From a virus (taxonomy: Duplodnaviria; Caudoviricetes), in IMG/VR virus record IMGVR_UViG_3300042483_000388: a stretch of DNA of 64,000 nucleotides. The stretch is one strand, 5' to 3'. Shown in pieces: positions 48,568 through 57,394 of the stretch (positions are counted from its first letter, which is position 1; every line of letters starts with the position of its first letter). The position numbers were made by a program, and so were the translations under genes. The notes under the pieces are model-generated. The model saw nothing but the letters and a program-made list of their open reading frames with translations. It was not told where the DNA came from and did no database searches.

Positions 48568-48786
48568 TTAACTAAAAGTTTCTGTTACCACACAATCATT
48601 ATCGTCCACAACTTTCACCTCAAAAAACAACATTCCATTAAAAATTTGAGGTAAATCAAAAACATATGGAATATCGCCACTATCAATAGTTGCGATATAA
48701 ATACAAGTGGTAAAACCTGTATCGCAAGTGTATACGTCAAATGGAGTTGCCCCTGAGAGTCCGTTTATTGTTATTTGTGTTGGCAT
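48568..48786 (-). CDS. Small beta-domain protein, paralogue of the N-terminal domain of 40472..40963 (start refined to MPTQITI)
   Basis: QITINGLSGATPFDVYTCD...CIYIA...LPQIFN...VVDDNDC aligns by eye with EITISSISGLTPPFSAYCC...CVYVG...LPPQFN...IIDSIGC. Confidence 0.65.
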   Translation of the reverse strand: MPTQITINGLSGATPFDVYTCDTGFTTCIYIATIDSGDIPYVFDLPQIFNGMLFFEVKVVDDNDCVVTETFS

Positions 48787-48792
48787 ATCAGT

Positions 48793-48800
48793 AATAAATA
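48793..48800 (-). promoter_or_regulatory. TATTTATT putative late promoter on the minus strand
   Basis: Ends 6 nt upstream of the ATG at 48786. Confidence 0.55.
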
Positions 48801-48825
48801 TAAAAGAAACCAAAAGTTTGTGTAG

Positions 48826-48856
48826 TTGATGTATTGAAACTTTATGATTATATTAT
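48826..48856 (+). promoter_or_regulatory. TTG-N20-TATATT promoter upstream of primase
   Basis: ttgatg-17 nt-tatatt; same architecture as the SSB promoter. Confidence 0.55.
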
Positions 48857-48861
48857 AGGAG

Positions 48862-49761
48862 ATGGACGAGTTTGATACTATTGTTGAAATTATTAGTGAA
48901 TTTTTGGGTGAACCAAAAAAAGTTTATGAGAACACTTCACAGGTGTCTTGGGATTGTCCCGTGTGTGATGAAGGCGCAAATAAAGGTAATTTAGAGGTTA
49001 ATATAGAAAAGTCAGTCTTTCACTGCTGGAGTTGTGGTGACTATGAGGGAACTCACGGGTCTTTGGGTAAGTTATTTGACAAATTTGGTAATAAGAAACA
49101 AAAAAAATTATATCAGGTATTAAAACCTGAAACCATAGTAAAAAGAGAGAGAAAGAAAAAAACATTAAAACTCCCAGACGGGTTTACCCTATTCAAAGAC
49201 TCAAGTAAGGTTTATCCGATTAGAAGACAGGCAATGAATTACCTTAAAGATAGGGGAGTTACTGATGAGATGATAGAAAGACGTGGTATTGGTTTTTGTG
49301 ATAAGGGAGACCATTCAGGAAGAATCATCATACCATCCTTTAATAATGATGGAGTTTTAAATTATTATATTTCAAGGAGTTGGAACCCAATGAGTAAGGC
49401 TAAATACAAAAACCCCCAAGATGAAAAAGATAAGATTATATTTTGGGAAAACTTAATTGATTGGAATAAAGACATTTATTTGGTAGAAGGTGCTTTTGAT
49501 GGATTGTTTTTAGATAACTCAATACCAATGTTAGGTAAGCATATGTCAGAACTATTGTTTGAAACCATATATACAAAGGCTAAGGGTGATATTATACTAT
49601 GTCTTGACGCCGATGCATGGGAAAACTCCGTTAAACTATATCACGAATTAAATGGTGGTGAATTATGGGGACGGATTAAATTAATAAAACTACCTGACGA
49701 TTCCGACATTGCCGATTTAAGGGGTGAGATAAAAGATGAATATTACCATATTATACGATGA
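48862..49761 (+). CDS. dnaG: DNA primase (zinc finger plus TOPRIM)
   Basis: CPVC...HCWSC, RIIIP, KYKNP, YLVEGAFD, LCLDAD. Confidence 0.9.
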   Translation: MDEFDTIVEIISEFLGEPKKVYENTSQVSWDCPVCDEGANKGNLEVNIEKSVFHCWSCGDYEGTHGSLGKLFDKFGNKKQKKLYQVLKPETIVKRERKKKTLKLPDGFTLFKDSSKVYPIRRQAMNYLKDRGVTDEMIERRGIGFCDKGDHSGRIIIPSFNNDGVLNYYISRSWNPMSKAKYKNPQDEKDKIIFWENLIDWNKDIYLVEGAFDGLFLDNSIPMLGKHMSELLFETIYTKAKGDIILCLDADAWENSVKLYHELNGGELWGRIKLIKLPDDSDIADLRGEIKDEYYHIIR

Positions 49762-50618
49762 TTAAATTAAAAAATGCTGCAACTGAAATATTAGATATTT
49801 TAGAAAAAACAAGACAACAACTTGAACTTACATTTGTTGAGGATACACACACTTATACAATGAGAGATTCTCAAGGAGAATTAAGAAGTGATTGGCCATC
49901 AGTAAGTAAGATAATGAAGTTATTTTACACAGAATTTGATTCGGAAGGTATATCTCTTAAAAAGGCTAAAGGTGATCCCGACATTCAACAACAATTATTA
50001 GAGGAATGGAAGGCAGCCGCAGATTATTCAATAAATGTTGGAAGTAGAACCCACTTTTTTTTAGAAAAGAAATCATTGGAGATGTTTGGGTTAGATAAAG
50101 AAGTTAGACAACCTGAGTTCCATTGTGATTTTGATCAGATATTACGTAGTGATTCTATGGTGTCTGCCGGAATCAACTTTTTAGAAATAATGAAAGAACG
50201 TGGTGCCTTATTATTAGATACTGAATTAATTCTTGGTGATAATGAATTTGGTTATACAGGAGCTCCCGATAAAGTGTGGTTAATTGAGAATAAAGATAAA
50301 ACAGAAATAGGGTTAATAGTGACAGACTGGAAATCAAATAAACCGAAGAACTTTGAAGCAGGTTATTTTACCAAAAAAATGAAATATCCCTTCCATAAGT
50401 TGGACGACACAGCCTTAGGGCATTACTCAACACAACTCCCTTTCTATGGTAAGTTATTACTTAAAATGTTACAAGGCACCAAATATGAAAATATTAAAGT
50501 ATATGGTTGTATTATTGTTTTGATTAAAGATGATGGGACATTTGAGGAGTTTAGAATATCCAAGGAAGTTCAAAACACAATTTTTGAAATGGATATGAAA
50601 AAATACTTGAAAAAATAA
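49758..50618 (+). CDS. PD-(D/E)XK family exonuclease
   Basis: PSVS, GSRTHFFLE, GAPDKV, DWKS and QL.FY motifs. Confidence 0.8.
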   Translation: MIKLKNAATEILDILEKTRQQLELTFVEDTHTYTMRDSQGELRSDWPSVSKIMKLFYTEFDSEGISLKKAKGDPDIQQQLLEEWKAAADYSINVGSRTHFFLEKKSLEMFGLDKEVRQPEFHCDFDQILRSDSMVSAGINFLEIMKERGALLLDTELILGDNEFGYTGAPDKVWLIENKDKTEIGLIVTDWKSNKPKNFEAGYFTKKMKYPFHKLDDTALGHYSTQLPFYGKLLLKMLQGTKYENIKVYGCIIVLIKDDGTFEEFRISKEVQNTIFEMDMKKYLKK

Positions 50619-50637
50619 AAAATATTAGTTATATTTT
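50607..50637 (+). promoter_or_regulatory. TTG-N20-TATATTTT promoter
   Basis: ttgaaa-17 nt-tatatttt before the small-ORF cluster. Confidence 0.55.
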
Positions 50638-50640
50638 ATT

Positions 50641-50733
50641 ATGGAAAATAATATAACACTAACGTGGGTATACACCACAACTTGGGACAGTAATTTCCCA
50701 AAAGGATTAACAATAAATTATATAATAAAATAA
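50641..50733 (+). CDS. Small ORF (30 aa, MENNNTLTWVYTTTWDSNFPKGLTINYIIK), not in ORF track
   Basis: ATG right after the promoter; stop 1 nt before the next ATG. Confidence 0.45.
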   Translation: MENNITLTWVYTTTWDSNFPKGLTINYIIK

Positions 50734-50734
50734 A

Positions 50735-50953
50735 ATGAACGACGAAATCATAAGACCAAAAATTAACTTGAAAGAACAAAAAACGATCAAGTGTGAAAAA
50801 TGCGAATCAAAATACTTTAAAGAAGTAACAATGTTAAAAAAAGTTCCTAAATTATTAACGGGAAGTCAAGAAGATACGATTGTCCCATTCCCAACTTATA
50901 TGTGTAATGAGTGTGGACATGTGAATATGGACTTTGAATTATTTATTGACTAA
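50735..50953 (+). CDS. Small zinc-ribbon protein
   Basis: CEKC...CNEC. Confidence 0.75.
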   Translation: MNDEIIRPKINLKEQKTIKCEKCESKYFKEVTMLKKVPKLLTGSQEDTIVPFPTYMCNECGHVNMDFELFID

Positions 50954-51099
50954 TGGAACTAAGTAAAATGACAATTAGCCAGGCGTATCCACATCTTAAA
51001 AATGTGGCGTTGGCGTATGGTTTAAATTTAAACAGGGTTAAGGATTTTAAGTTTGCTAGACTTATTTTGGTCAATCTTTATAATAGAGAATTATGTTAA
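50953..51099 (+). CDS. Small ORF (48 aa, MELSKMTISQAYPHLKNVALAYGLNL...), not in ORF track
   Basis: TAATG coupling to the previous gene and overlap with the next start. Confidence 0.6.
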   Translation: MELSKMTISQAYPHLKNVALAYGLNLNRVKDFKFARLILVNLYNRELC

Positions 51100-51338
51100 C
51101 ATACAAAGAATTTTATATTTGGTTAGATGGTTATTTAACTAATAAATTGGAAAATAAAGTTATAGATATTGCACCTATAGTTGAAAAAATGAATCAGGTT
51201 GATGAAAAAGAATGGGAATCGGTTAAAATTACGCCATTTGAAAGAATACCAATACCAATTAACCCTTTTCCAAATAAAGACCCATATTTACCTCCATTTG
51301 AAGTGTATTGTGGGGATAAAACACAATTAAATGACTAA
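51093..51338 (+). CDS. Hypothetical protein (81 aa)
   Basis: Coupled ORF in the operon. Confidence 0.65.
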   Translation: MLTYKEFYIWLDGYLTNKLENKVIDIAPIVEKMNQVDEKEWESVKITPFERIPIPINPFPNKDPYLPPFEVYCGDKTQLND

Positions 51339-51612
51339 GATTATGAAAAAAAGAACACTTAATGAGTTAAGACAAGAAAAAGAATTTGGTTACAAACCAC
51401 CGTTAAAGGATAAATACGTAAGCTCAGAAATTAATGAGATGTTAATAGCCCAACAAATTAAAATCTCATTAGAAAATTCTAACTTAAATGTTGTTGTGAC
51501 TCCAATGATGTATAGTCCTGATGATTTTACACCTGTATTAGGTGTGTTAGTAAAAAACGAGGATTATAGTTATACTAGAAAATACACAATAACGGTTAAA
51601 CCGAACAATTAA
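51331..51612 (+). CDS. Hypothetical protein (about 90 aa; alternative start 51343)
   Basis: Coupled ORF in the operon. Confidence 0.65.
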   Translation: MTKIMKKRTLNELRQEKEFGYKPPLKDKYVSSEINEMLIAQQIKISLENSNLNVVVTPMMYSPDDFTPVLGVLVKNEDYSYTRKYTITVKPNN

Positions 51613-52392
51613 ATGATTAAAACTTTAGTTCACTTTTCTGATTTACATATCAGATTATATAAAGATCACGATTTATACCGCTCAATATTAGAGACGGCAA
51701 TTGGTCAATGGAAAGAATTAGAACCTGATCGTATTATTTTTACGGGAGATTTAGTTCATTCTAAAAACCAAATGACACCTGAACTTATTGAGTTCGTTGC
51801 TTGGATTTTAACTGAATGTTCTAAAATTGCTAAAACAATTATTATACCTGGTAATCACGACTTTTTGGTAAACAATACTGAAAGATTGGACGCACTTACT
51901 CCTATTATTAATTCTTTGAATAATAAGGATATTGTATACTACCGAGATAGAGGTGTGTATGAAGATGAGAACATTAGTTGGTGTGTATACTCACAATACC
52001 AAGGAAATATTCCACCAGATATTATTGATGGTAAGGGAAGAAAGATTGGTTTATTTCATGGACCTATTTCAGGTTTAAAAACAGATCTTGGATTTGAGTT
52101 TGGTGAGGAGGCGTATGAGATTGAAAAGTTTGATGGGTTAGAAACCGTTTTATGTGGTGACATTCACAAACGAGCTGAGTTCCAAATTAAGGACGGTAAA
52201 GGTTATATGATTGGATCAACCATTCAAAACAACATTGGTGAAAGTATAGGTAGACACGGTTATGGTATATATGAAGTTGAAACAAAGGAGTATGGGTATG
52301 TTGATCTACCAAACCCAAAACCGTTTTTAAAGTTTACCATAAAATCTTTTGAAGACATTGAAAATGGAACTGAATTACTCAAAAATCTTTAA
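51613..52392 (+). CDS. sbcD: Mre11/SbcD-like metallophosphoesterase (gp47-like), nuclease domain only
   Basis: HFSDLH, TGDLVH, PGNHD, LFHG, LCGDIH. Confidence 0.88.
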   Translation: MIKTLVHFSDLHIRLYKDHDLYRSILETAIGQWKELEPDRIIFTGDLVHSKNQMTPELIEFVAWILTECSKIAKTIIIPGNHDFLVNNTERLDALTPIINSLNNKDIVYYRDRGVYEDENISWCVYSQYQGNIPPDIIDGKGRKIGLFHGPISGLKTDLGFEFGEEAYEIEKFDGLETVLCGDIHKRAEFQIKDGKGYMIGSTIQNNIGESIGRHGYGIYEVETKEYGYVDLPNPKPFLKFTIKSFEDIENGTELLKNL

Positions 52393-53083
52393 TAAAGAAA
52401 CTCTCAGCAGTGTTGAGAGTTTTTGTAAACTCAATAATATTGATGATGTTGATAGTTTTATTAAAAACGTTTTTCAAGAAGGGTTTAACATAAAGAAGTA
52501 TGGTCTTTTGGGAAAAACACTTAATGAAGGTGAAAAAGGATTAAAAACGGGTATTGTTGGTGAAAAACAGGTAGAAATTGAGGTAATCCGTGAAATACGG
52601 GTGGAAGTACCAGTTGAAGTTATCAAAGAGGTTGAAAAAATAGTTGAAGTAGTTAAGGAGGTTCCTGTAGATAGAGTGGTTGAGAAAATAATCTATACCA
52701 CTGATGATATTCAAATAAACGAACTTGGCGGAAAAATTGCCAAGTTGGAACAAGAAAGACAAATATTTTCCACTAAAATTGCCAATTTGGAAGAAGAAAG
52801 ACAAATATTTTCCACTAAAACTGAAGAAATGGAAAATAATTTCCAAAATGAAATATCTAAAAAGGATAAAGAGTTAGATGATCTTAGACAAAAATTAGAT
52901 GACCCTGTAACAAATAATAACATAAATATGTTACAGAACACACTCCAAAAACTAAGGGGTGAGTTGTTAGATAAGAATCAAAAAATAAATGAGTTAGAAC
53001 AAATAAACAAAGGTCTCTCGGATAATCAACAAACATCAGGAGCCTACCTCTTACGAGGATCAAATTTAAATAAAAGAATATGA
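52349..53083 (+). CDS. Coiled-coil protein with VEV/IKE repeats (start may be 52364)
   Basis: VEVIKEVEKIVEVVKEVPVDRVVE segment followed by heptads. Confidence 0.65.
   Translation: MKTLKMELNYSKIFNKETLSSVESFCKLNNIDDVDSFIKNVFQEGFNIKKYGLLGKTLNEGEKGLKTGIVGEKQVEIEVIREIRVEVPVEVIKEVEKIVEVVKEVPVDRVVEKIIYTTDDIQINELGGKIAKLEQERQIFSTKIANLEEERQIFSTKTEEMENNFQNEISKKDKELDDLRQKLDDPVTNNNINMLQNTLQKLRGELLDKNQKINELEQINKGLSDNQQTSGAYLLRGSNLNKRI
52733..52820 (+). repeat. 42-bp tandem duplication (two heptads per copy)
   Basis: aaaattgccaa(g/t)ttggaa(c/g)aagaaagacaaatattttccact x2. Confidence 0.9.
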
Positions 53084-53439
53084 TAACACAAATTTTAGTA
53101 TGGTTCATAATGAGTTATGGATTAATGAACATTATGGTCTACGGATCAATATTCCAAGGATTAAGAGATTTTTTCAAAAGATGGGGAGATAATAAACAAT
53201 TACCCTTTAACTTTTTAGGTAAGTTCCTATCAGGTTTAATCAATTGTCCATTATGTTTTTCAACATGGTCTGGATTTGTGTTATCCTTATTGATATTCTC
53301 ACCAACAAATCATATATTTAACACACCTTTAGGTTATTCATGGTTCTTTGATGGTATTACATCTGCAGGTGCTGTATGGGCAATCAATAGTATAATAGAA
53401 TGGTTTGAAGAAAATAGACCAAATAATAATAATAATTAA
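53080..53439 (+). CDS. Membrane protein, DUF1360-like
   Basis: Hydrophobic segments with CPLCFSTW. Confidence 0.65.
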   Translation: MITQILVWFIMSYGLMNIMVYGSIFQGLRDFFKRWGDNKQLPFNFLGKFLSGLINCPLCFSTWSGFVLSLLIFSPTNHIFNTPLGYSWFFDGITSAGAVWAINSIIEWFEENRPNNNNN

Positions 53440-53449
53440 TAAAAGTAAA

Positions 53450-53818
53450 ATGGGAAAGGAAGCAAAAAAACACAGAGCAAAAGTTGCAAAAAGAAATGCA
53501 AAAGTAAAAGAACAAAAATCTGGAATGCAAAAAGCGTTCGATTTATTGGTTCAAGAACAATTGAAAAAATTGGAGTCAGATAAAGAAATTTCCATCCAAC
53601 ACGAAGGTCAGGATTTAAACTTTGAGGTGGTTGAGGATAAAGTCGTTAATACAATATCAATTAAACCAAATGAGGTGGAATCGGCAAAAATCAACAAAGA
53701 GTTTGAAACGCAAACTTTACCTGAAGAAAACATTATGACAAATGTTGAATACAAGGAAAGAAATAGTGAAATGGTTTATGATTCAAAACACAACTCACCA
53801 ACAAAAGAAGAAAACTAA
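53450..53818 (+). CDS. Hypothetical protein (start refined to MGKEAKKHRAK)
   Basis: A-rich leader before 53450; the 53405 start overlaps the previous gene. Confidence 0.65.
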   Translation: MGKEAKKHRAKVAKRNAKVKEQKSGMQKAFDLLVQEQLKKLESDKEISIQHEGQDLNFEVVEDKVVNTISIKPNEVESAKINKEFETQTLPEENIMTNVEYKERNSEMVYDSKHNSPTKEEN

Positions 53819-53824
53819 AATAAA

Positions 53825-56197
53825 ATGGATTTGTTTAATCCGCCAAGATTATTAAATTACAATATAATGATAAAAGATTTAGATTTTTCCAAGTTTGAAA
53901 ACCCAACGATACAAGTTGTATGGGAAGACCTACCTGAAAATTTCACTCAAGACAAGATCAAAAGTGTAAAACATTATTTCCAAAAGAAATATAATACCAC
54001 TAATGTAAATGTTTTAACTAAGGCAAAGAATGTTGAAACGCATGAAATGCAAAGTATTGATGTGTCAGTGAACATATCTGATTCAAATTATCAACTTGAC
54101 TTACTGAAGAAGTTTGTTGATGCCAAAGGGTATTCTAATTATCAAGATGATGTTTTATCAATCAATAAAATGGTTGAGAATAAAATGTCGGAAGAAGAAG
54201 GTAACCAGTCTCAGTTTAAGAAGTGGTACATTAGAAATATAGAATTCTCAAATTTCTTATCGTATGGTGAAAATCAAAAATTAGATTTTGATAAGCTGAA
54301 TGGTATTGTGGTGGTTGAATCAGATCCACCAAATTTTGGTGGTAAAACAATTTTAAGTGTAGACCTTCTAATGTTCTTATTCTTTAATGAAACCACAAAA
54401 ACAACAAAGGCGGAAGAAATATTTAATCGATTTACAGATAAAGATAAAGTAACGGTTAAAGGTGAAATCACAATTGACGGTGAGGATTATATCATTATTA
54501 GAAACATTGAAAGAAAGTTATCTAAGAAGAATGAATGGAACGTTAAAACCGAATTGGACTTCTTTAGGAAGTTATCTGATGGTAGTTTACAGAACTTTAC
54601 TGGTGAACAAAGAAGGGAGACAGAAGCGTTCATTAAAACGTCCATAGGAACCAAAGAAGACTTTCTAATGACAATCCTAACGACGGGATCAAATCTTGAA
54701 GAGTTGTTGGAGTCAAAACCAACAGCAAGAGGTCAGGTATTGTCTCGTTTTATGGGTCTTGAATTCTTAAAAAGAAAAGAGGAAGTTGCCAAAGAAATTT
54801 ACTCTGAGTTCTCAAAACAAAAGATATCAAACATCTATTCGTCAGAGTCATTAAAATCCGATAATGAAGGTTATGAAACCAAAATTACAGAGTTAAGTGG
54901 GGAAATTGTGAAATTTAACGCAGATTTGGTAGTTATTGATGCATCAATTTTAAAAGGGAAAGAATATCGTGATGACATAATAAAGAAAAAACACGGTAAT
55001 ATTGATAAGGAAATTAGCCTATTGGACCCAGAAAAAACTAAACAAACAATAGATGGGATTGGTGTTGAAAAATCTGAATACATTACCAAAATGAATGAAA
55101 TTAAGGTGGTTAAACCATCTGAGTTTTATGATGAGGATAAACACGATGAAGTAAAAGAACAATACAAAGAGGTTTATCAGGAGAAAGTTCAGATAGACAC
55201 AAATATTAAATCAATAGAAGAACTTAAAAGTTCAGTTGAGGGTGGTATCAAATGTGAGCATTGTGGTATTGAATTAATGAATGCTGCAATCACAAACGCA
55301 AAGATTGCCGAACTTGATGGTTATATCATACATAAAGACCAAAAAGAGGGGTTAATGCAGGTTTTAACTAGCAAAGAACAGTCATTTGTGCAACTTAAGA
55401 AAGACTTTGACGAATATGAGAAAAACAAACTCATTAAAGAGAAATATGAGTTGAGTGTTGAGAGTTGTGATCTTAAAATTGGTGGGTTAAAAGACAAACT
55501 TAAAAGGTGGGAGGAAGTTCAGGATAAAATTAAAGAGAATACCTCAATAGAATCAATGTTGATTAAAGCGGATCTTAGGCTGGAAGAATTGGAAATAAAA
55601 AAGAAAGGGATAAACACAAGTATTTCCGGAAATGAGTTTAACATTAAAAACTTGGTTGAGAAGATTAATAACAACAAAAAGATGATTGTTAAAATCAAAG
55701 AAGAAGACGAAAAAGAAAAGATATATAAAATATATTTGGAGGCATATGGTAAGAATGGCGTTACCAAAATTATTATGAAAACTATGATGCCGATTATTAA
55801 CTCGGAACTTCAAAGGTTAATGGAAGATAGTTGTTACTTCAAATTGGAGATCAGAATCAACGATAAGAATGAGGTTGAGTTTATAATGGTTGACAATGGT
55901 ACCGGTGTTGAAAAACTAATGACTTCAGGTTCTGGATATGAGAAGACAATTGCGTCTTTAGGTTTAAGGGCGGTCATGACTAAAATTTGCACATTACCAA
56001 AACCAAATTTGGTCGTGATGGATGAGGTATTTGGTAAAATATCTAACGACAATTTAGAAATGGTTTCTGAATTCTTTATTAAGATTAAAGAATATTTTGA
56101 GAAAGTTTTCGTGATTACTCACAACCCAATGGTTAGTCAGTGGGCGGATACTATTATTAATATCAAAAAAGAAAATAATATTTCAAAAATTTGTTAG
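53825..56197 (+). CDS. sbcC: Rad50/SbcC-like SMC ATPase (gp46-like) with an N-terminal extension of about 133 aa
   Basis: IEFSNFLSYG, NFGGKT, CEHC zinc hook, SGYEK signature, VMDEVFG and VITHN. Confidence 0.9.
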   Translation: MDLFNPPRLLNYNIMIKDLDFSKFENPTIQVVWEDLPENFTQDKIKSVKHYFQKKYNTTNVNVLTKAKNVETHEMQSIDVSVNISDSNYQLDLLKKFVDAKGYSNYQDDVLSINKMVENKMSEEEGNQSQFKKWYIRNIEFSNFLSYGENQKLDFDKLNGIVVVESDPPNFGGKTILSVDLLMFLFFNETTKTTKAEEIFNRFTDKDKVTVKGEITIDGEDYIIIRNIERKLSKKNEWNVKTELDFFRKLSDGSLQNFTGEQRRETEAFIKTSIGTKEDFLMTILTTGSNLEELLESKPTARGQVLSRFMGLEFLKRKEEVAKEIYSEFSKQKISNIYSSESLKSDNEGYETKITELSGEIVKFNADLVVIDASILKGKEYRDDIIKKKHGNIDKEISLLDPEKTKQTIDGIGVEKSEYITKMNEIKVVKPSEFYDEDKHDEVKEQYKEVYQEKVQIDTNIKSIEELKSSVEGGIKCEHCGIELMNAAITNAKIAELDGYIIHKDQKEGLMQVLTSKEQSFVQLKKDFDEYEKNKLIKEKYELSVESCDLKIGGLKDKLKRWEEVQDKIKENTSIESMLIKADLRLEELEIKKKGINTSISGNEFNIKNLVEKINNNKKMIVKIKEEDEKEKIYKIYLEAYGKNGVTKIIMKTMMPIINSELQRLMEDSCYFKLEIRINDKNEVEFIMVDNGTGVEKLMTSGSGYEKTIASLGLRAVMTKICTLPKPNLVVMDEVFGKISNDNLEMVSEFFIKIKEYFEKVFVITHNPMVSQWADTIINIKKENNISKIC

Positions 56198-56223
56198 TAA
56201 TTAAACAAATAATAATATCTTTG
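56190..56223 (+). promoter_or_regulatory. Bacteroidota-type promoter TTTG-N22-TATCTTTG
   Basis: Perfect -7 element; the spacer is slightly long. Confidence 0.55.
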
Positions 56224-56228
56224 TTATT

Positions 56229-56762
56229 ATGAGAACTAAACAAGAATGGGAGAAAAAATATCAATGTGTTAAAAGACTAATGTCCGTTATGGATACATTG
56301 TCTGAAGATTTTGAAAATGATACTGAAATATTGGAAACTTGTGCTACGATGTTAAGAAATCCAATTATATTTGACAATAATGTTAAGGAAGTTAAAATAC
56401 AACTTCCTTACCATATTGAAAGTATGGAGAATGAAACTGAGGATCACTTAATTGGTATTTCAAACATTGTTTTGTATATATACAAAAAAAAACTACACAA
56501 AAAATGGAATTCCGTTGAAGACTTTAAAAAAACATTAAAGGCATTAAATGTCTTACTACCAATTGAAAAAGTTTTGAATAATAGCAAAGTATTCAAAAAC
56601 GAATGGAAGTTTAATTATGATACCATTGAATCGTGTCTTCATTGGGATTATAAATTAGTATCTGTTGGTGTAACAGAATTGGTATGCAACAAAACAAATG
56701 AGAAAGTTTCTGTAACAAAAATTAGAGAAATGTGGTATGAAGAAAACAAAGAATATTTATAA
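56229..56762 (+). CDS. Hypothetical protein (177 aa)
   Basis: ORF with its own promoter-like element; no recognised motif. Confidence 0.7.
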   Translation: MRTKQEWEKKYQCVKRLMSVMDTLSEDFENDTEILETCATMLRNPIIFDNNVKEVKIQLPYHIESMENETEDHLIGISNIVLYIYKKKLHKKWNSVEDFKKTLKALNVLLPIEKVLNNSKVFKNEWKFNYDTIESCLHWDYKLVSVGVTELVCNKTNEKVSVTKIREMWYEENKEYL

Positions 56763-56804
56763 ATTATGGAGTATAAGAATATATTAAATTTTTTATTAAA
56801 ATAA

Positions 56805-56837
56805 TTTATATATAACCCAATTTTAATACTATATTTG
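56805..56837 (+). promoter_or_regulatory. Bacteroidota-type promoter TTTA-N21-TATATTTG
   Basis: Perfect TAnnTTTG upstream of the two-gene unit ending in the sigma factor. Confidence 0.6.
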
Positions 56838-56859
56838 TAAAACAATTAAAAACACACAT

Positions 56860-57390
56860 ATGAATTATTTACTTTTTACATACTACGACAACACGGTAGT
56901 AAACCCCGAAGAAAAAACAGATGAAATTGGTGGACAAATATCCAAAGCGATGACATCAAAAGAGGTTAAATTTATGTTTGGTGATAGACATTCGATCTTT
57001 CATTTTGCATCAGACCTATCCTTATCTGAAATGGGAGAATTTATGAATATCGTTTCGGATGAAATTACGGGATTTGAGTTTTTCCTAACACAAAAAACAA
57101 AAAATAACTTTTCAAACTTCCCAGAAGACAACTTAAATCACCTTTTGTCGTTAAGGAAGACCACAAAGAAAAAAAATGCACCAGTTCCACCAAAAAAACT
57201 CAAGTTTGATTTTAATCCTACTAACACAGAATTTTTTGACATTGCGGAGATGATCAAATTTATTTTACCGAATAATGTTTGTAACATGACATTGGATGAG
57301 TTATTAGATAAAATTGGTGAAGATGGGATTGAGTCACTATCAGAACAAGAAAGAAATAAATTAGATGAATATTCAAAATCACTTAACTAA
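56860..57390 (+). CDS. Protein with a C-terminal DUF6576-like domain
   Basis: LDELLDKIGEDGIESLSEQERNKL matches the remembered ..ILDKIS..GY.SLT.EEK motif. Confidence 0.65.
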   Translation: MNYLLFTYYDNTVVNPEEKTDEIGGQISKAMTSKEVKFMFGDRHSIFHFASDLSLSEMGEFMNIVSDEITGFEFFLTQKTKNNFSNFPEDNLNHLLSLRKTTKKKNAPVPPKKLKFDFNPTNTEFFDIAEMIKFILPNNVCNMTLDELLDKIGEDGIESLSEQERNKLDEYSKSLN

Positions 57391-57394
57391 ATAT

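Noticed and set aside
47240-48861. Invertible (shufflon-type) fibre segment
   Set aside because: No flanking inverted recombination sites were seen and no recombinase is nearby; it is treated as a fixed inversion.
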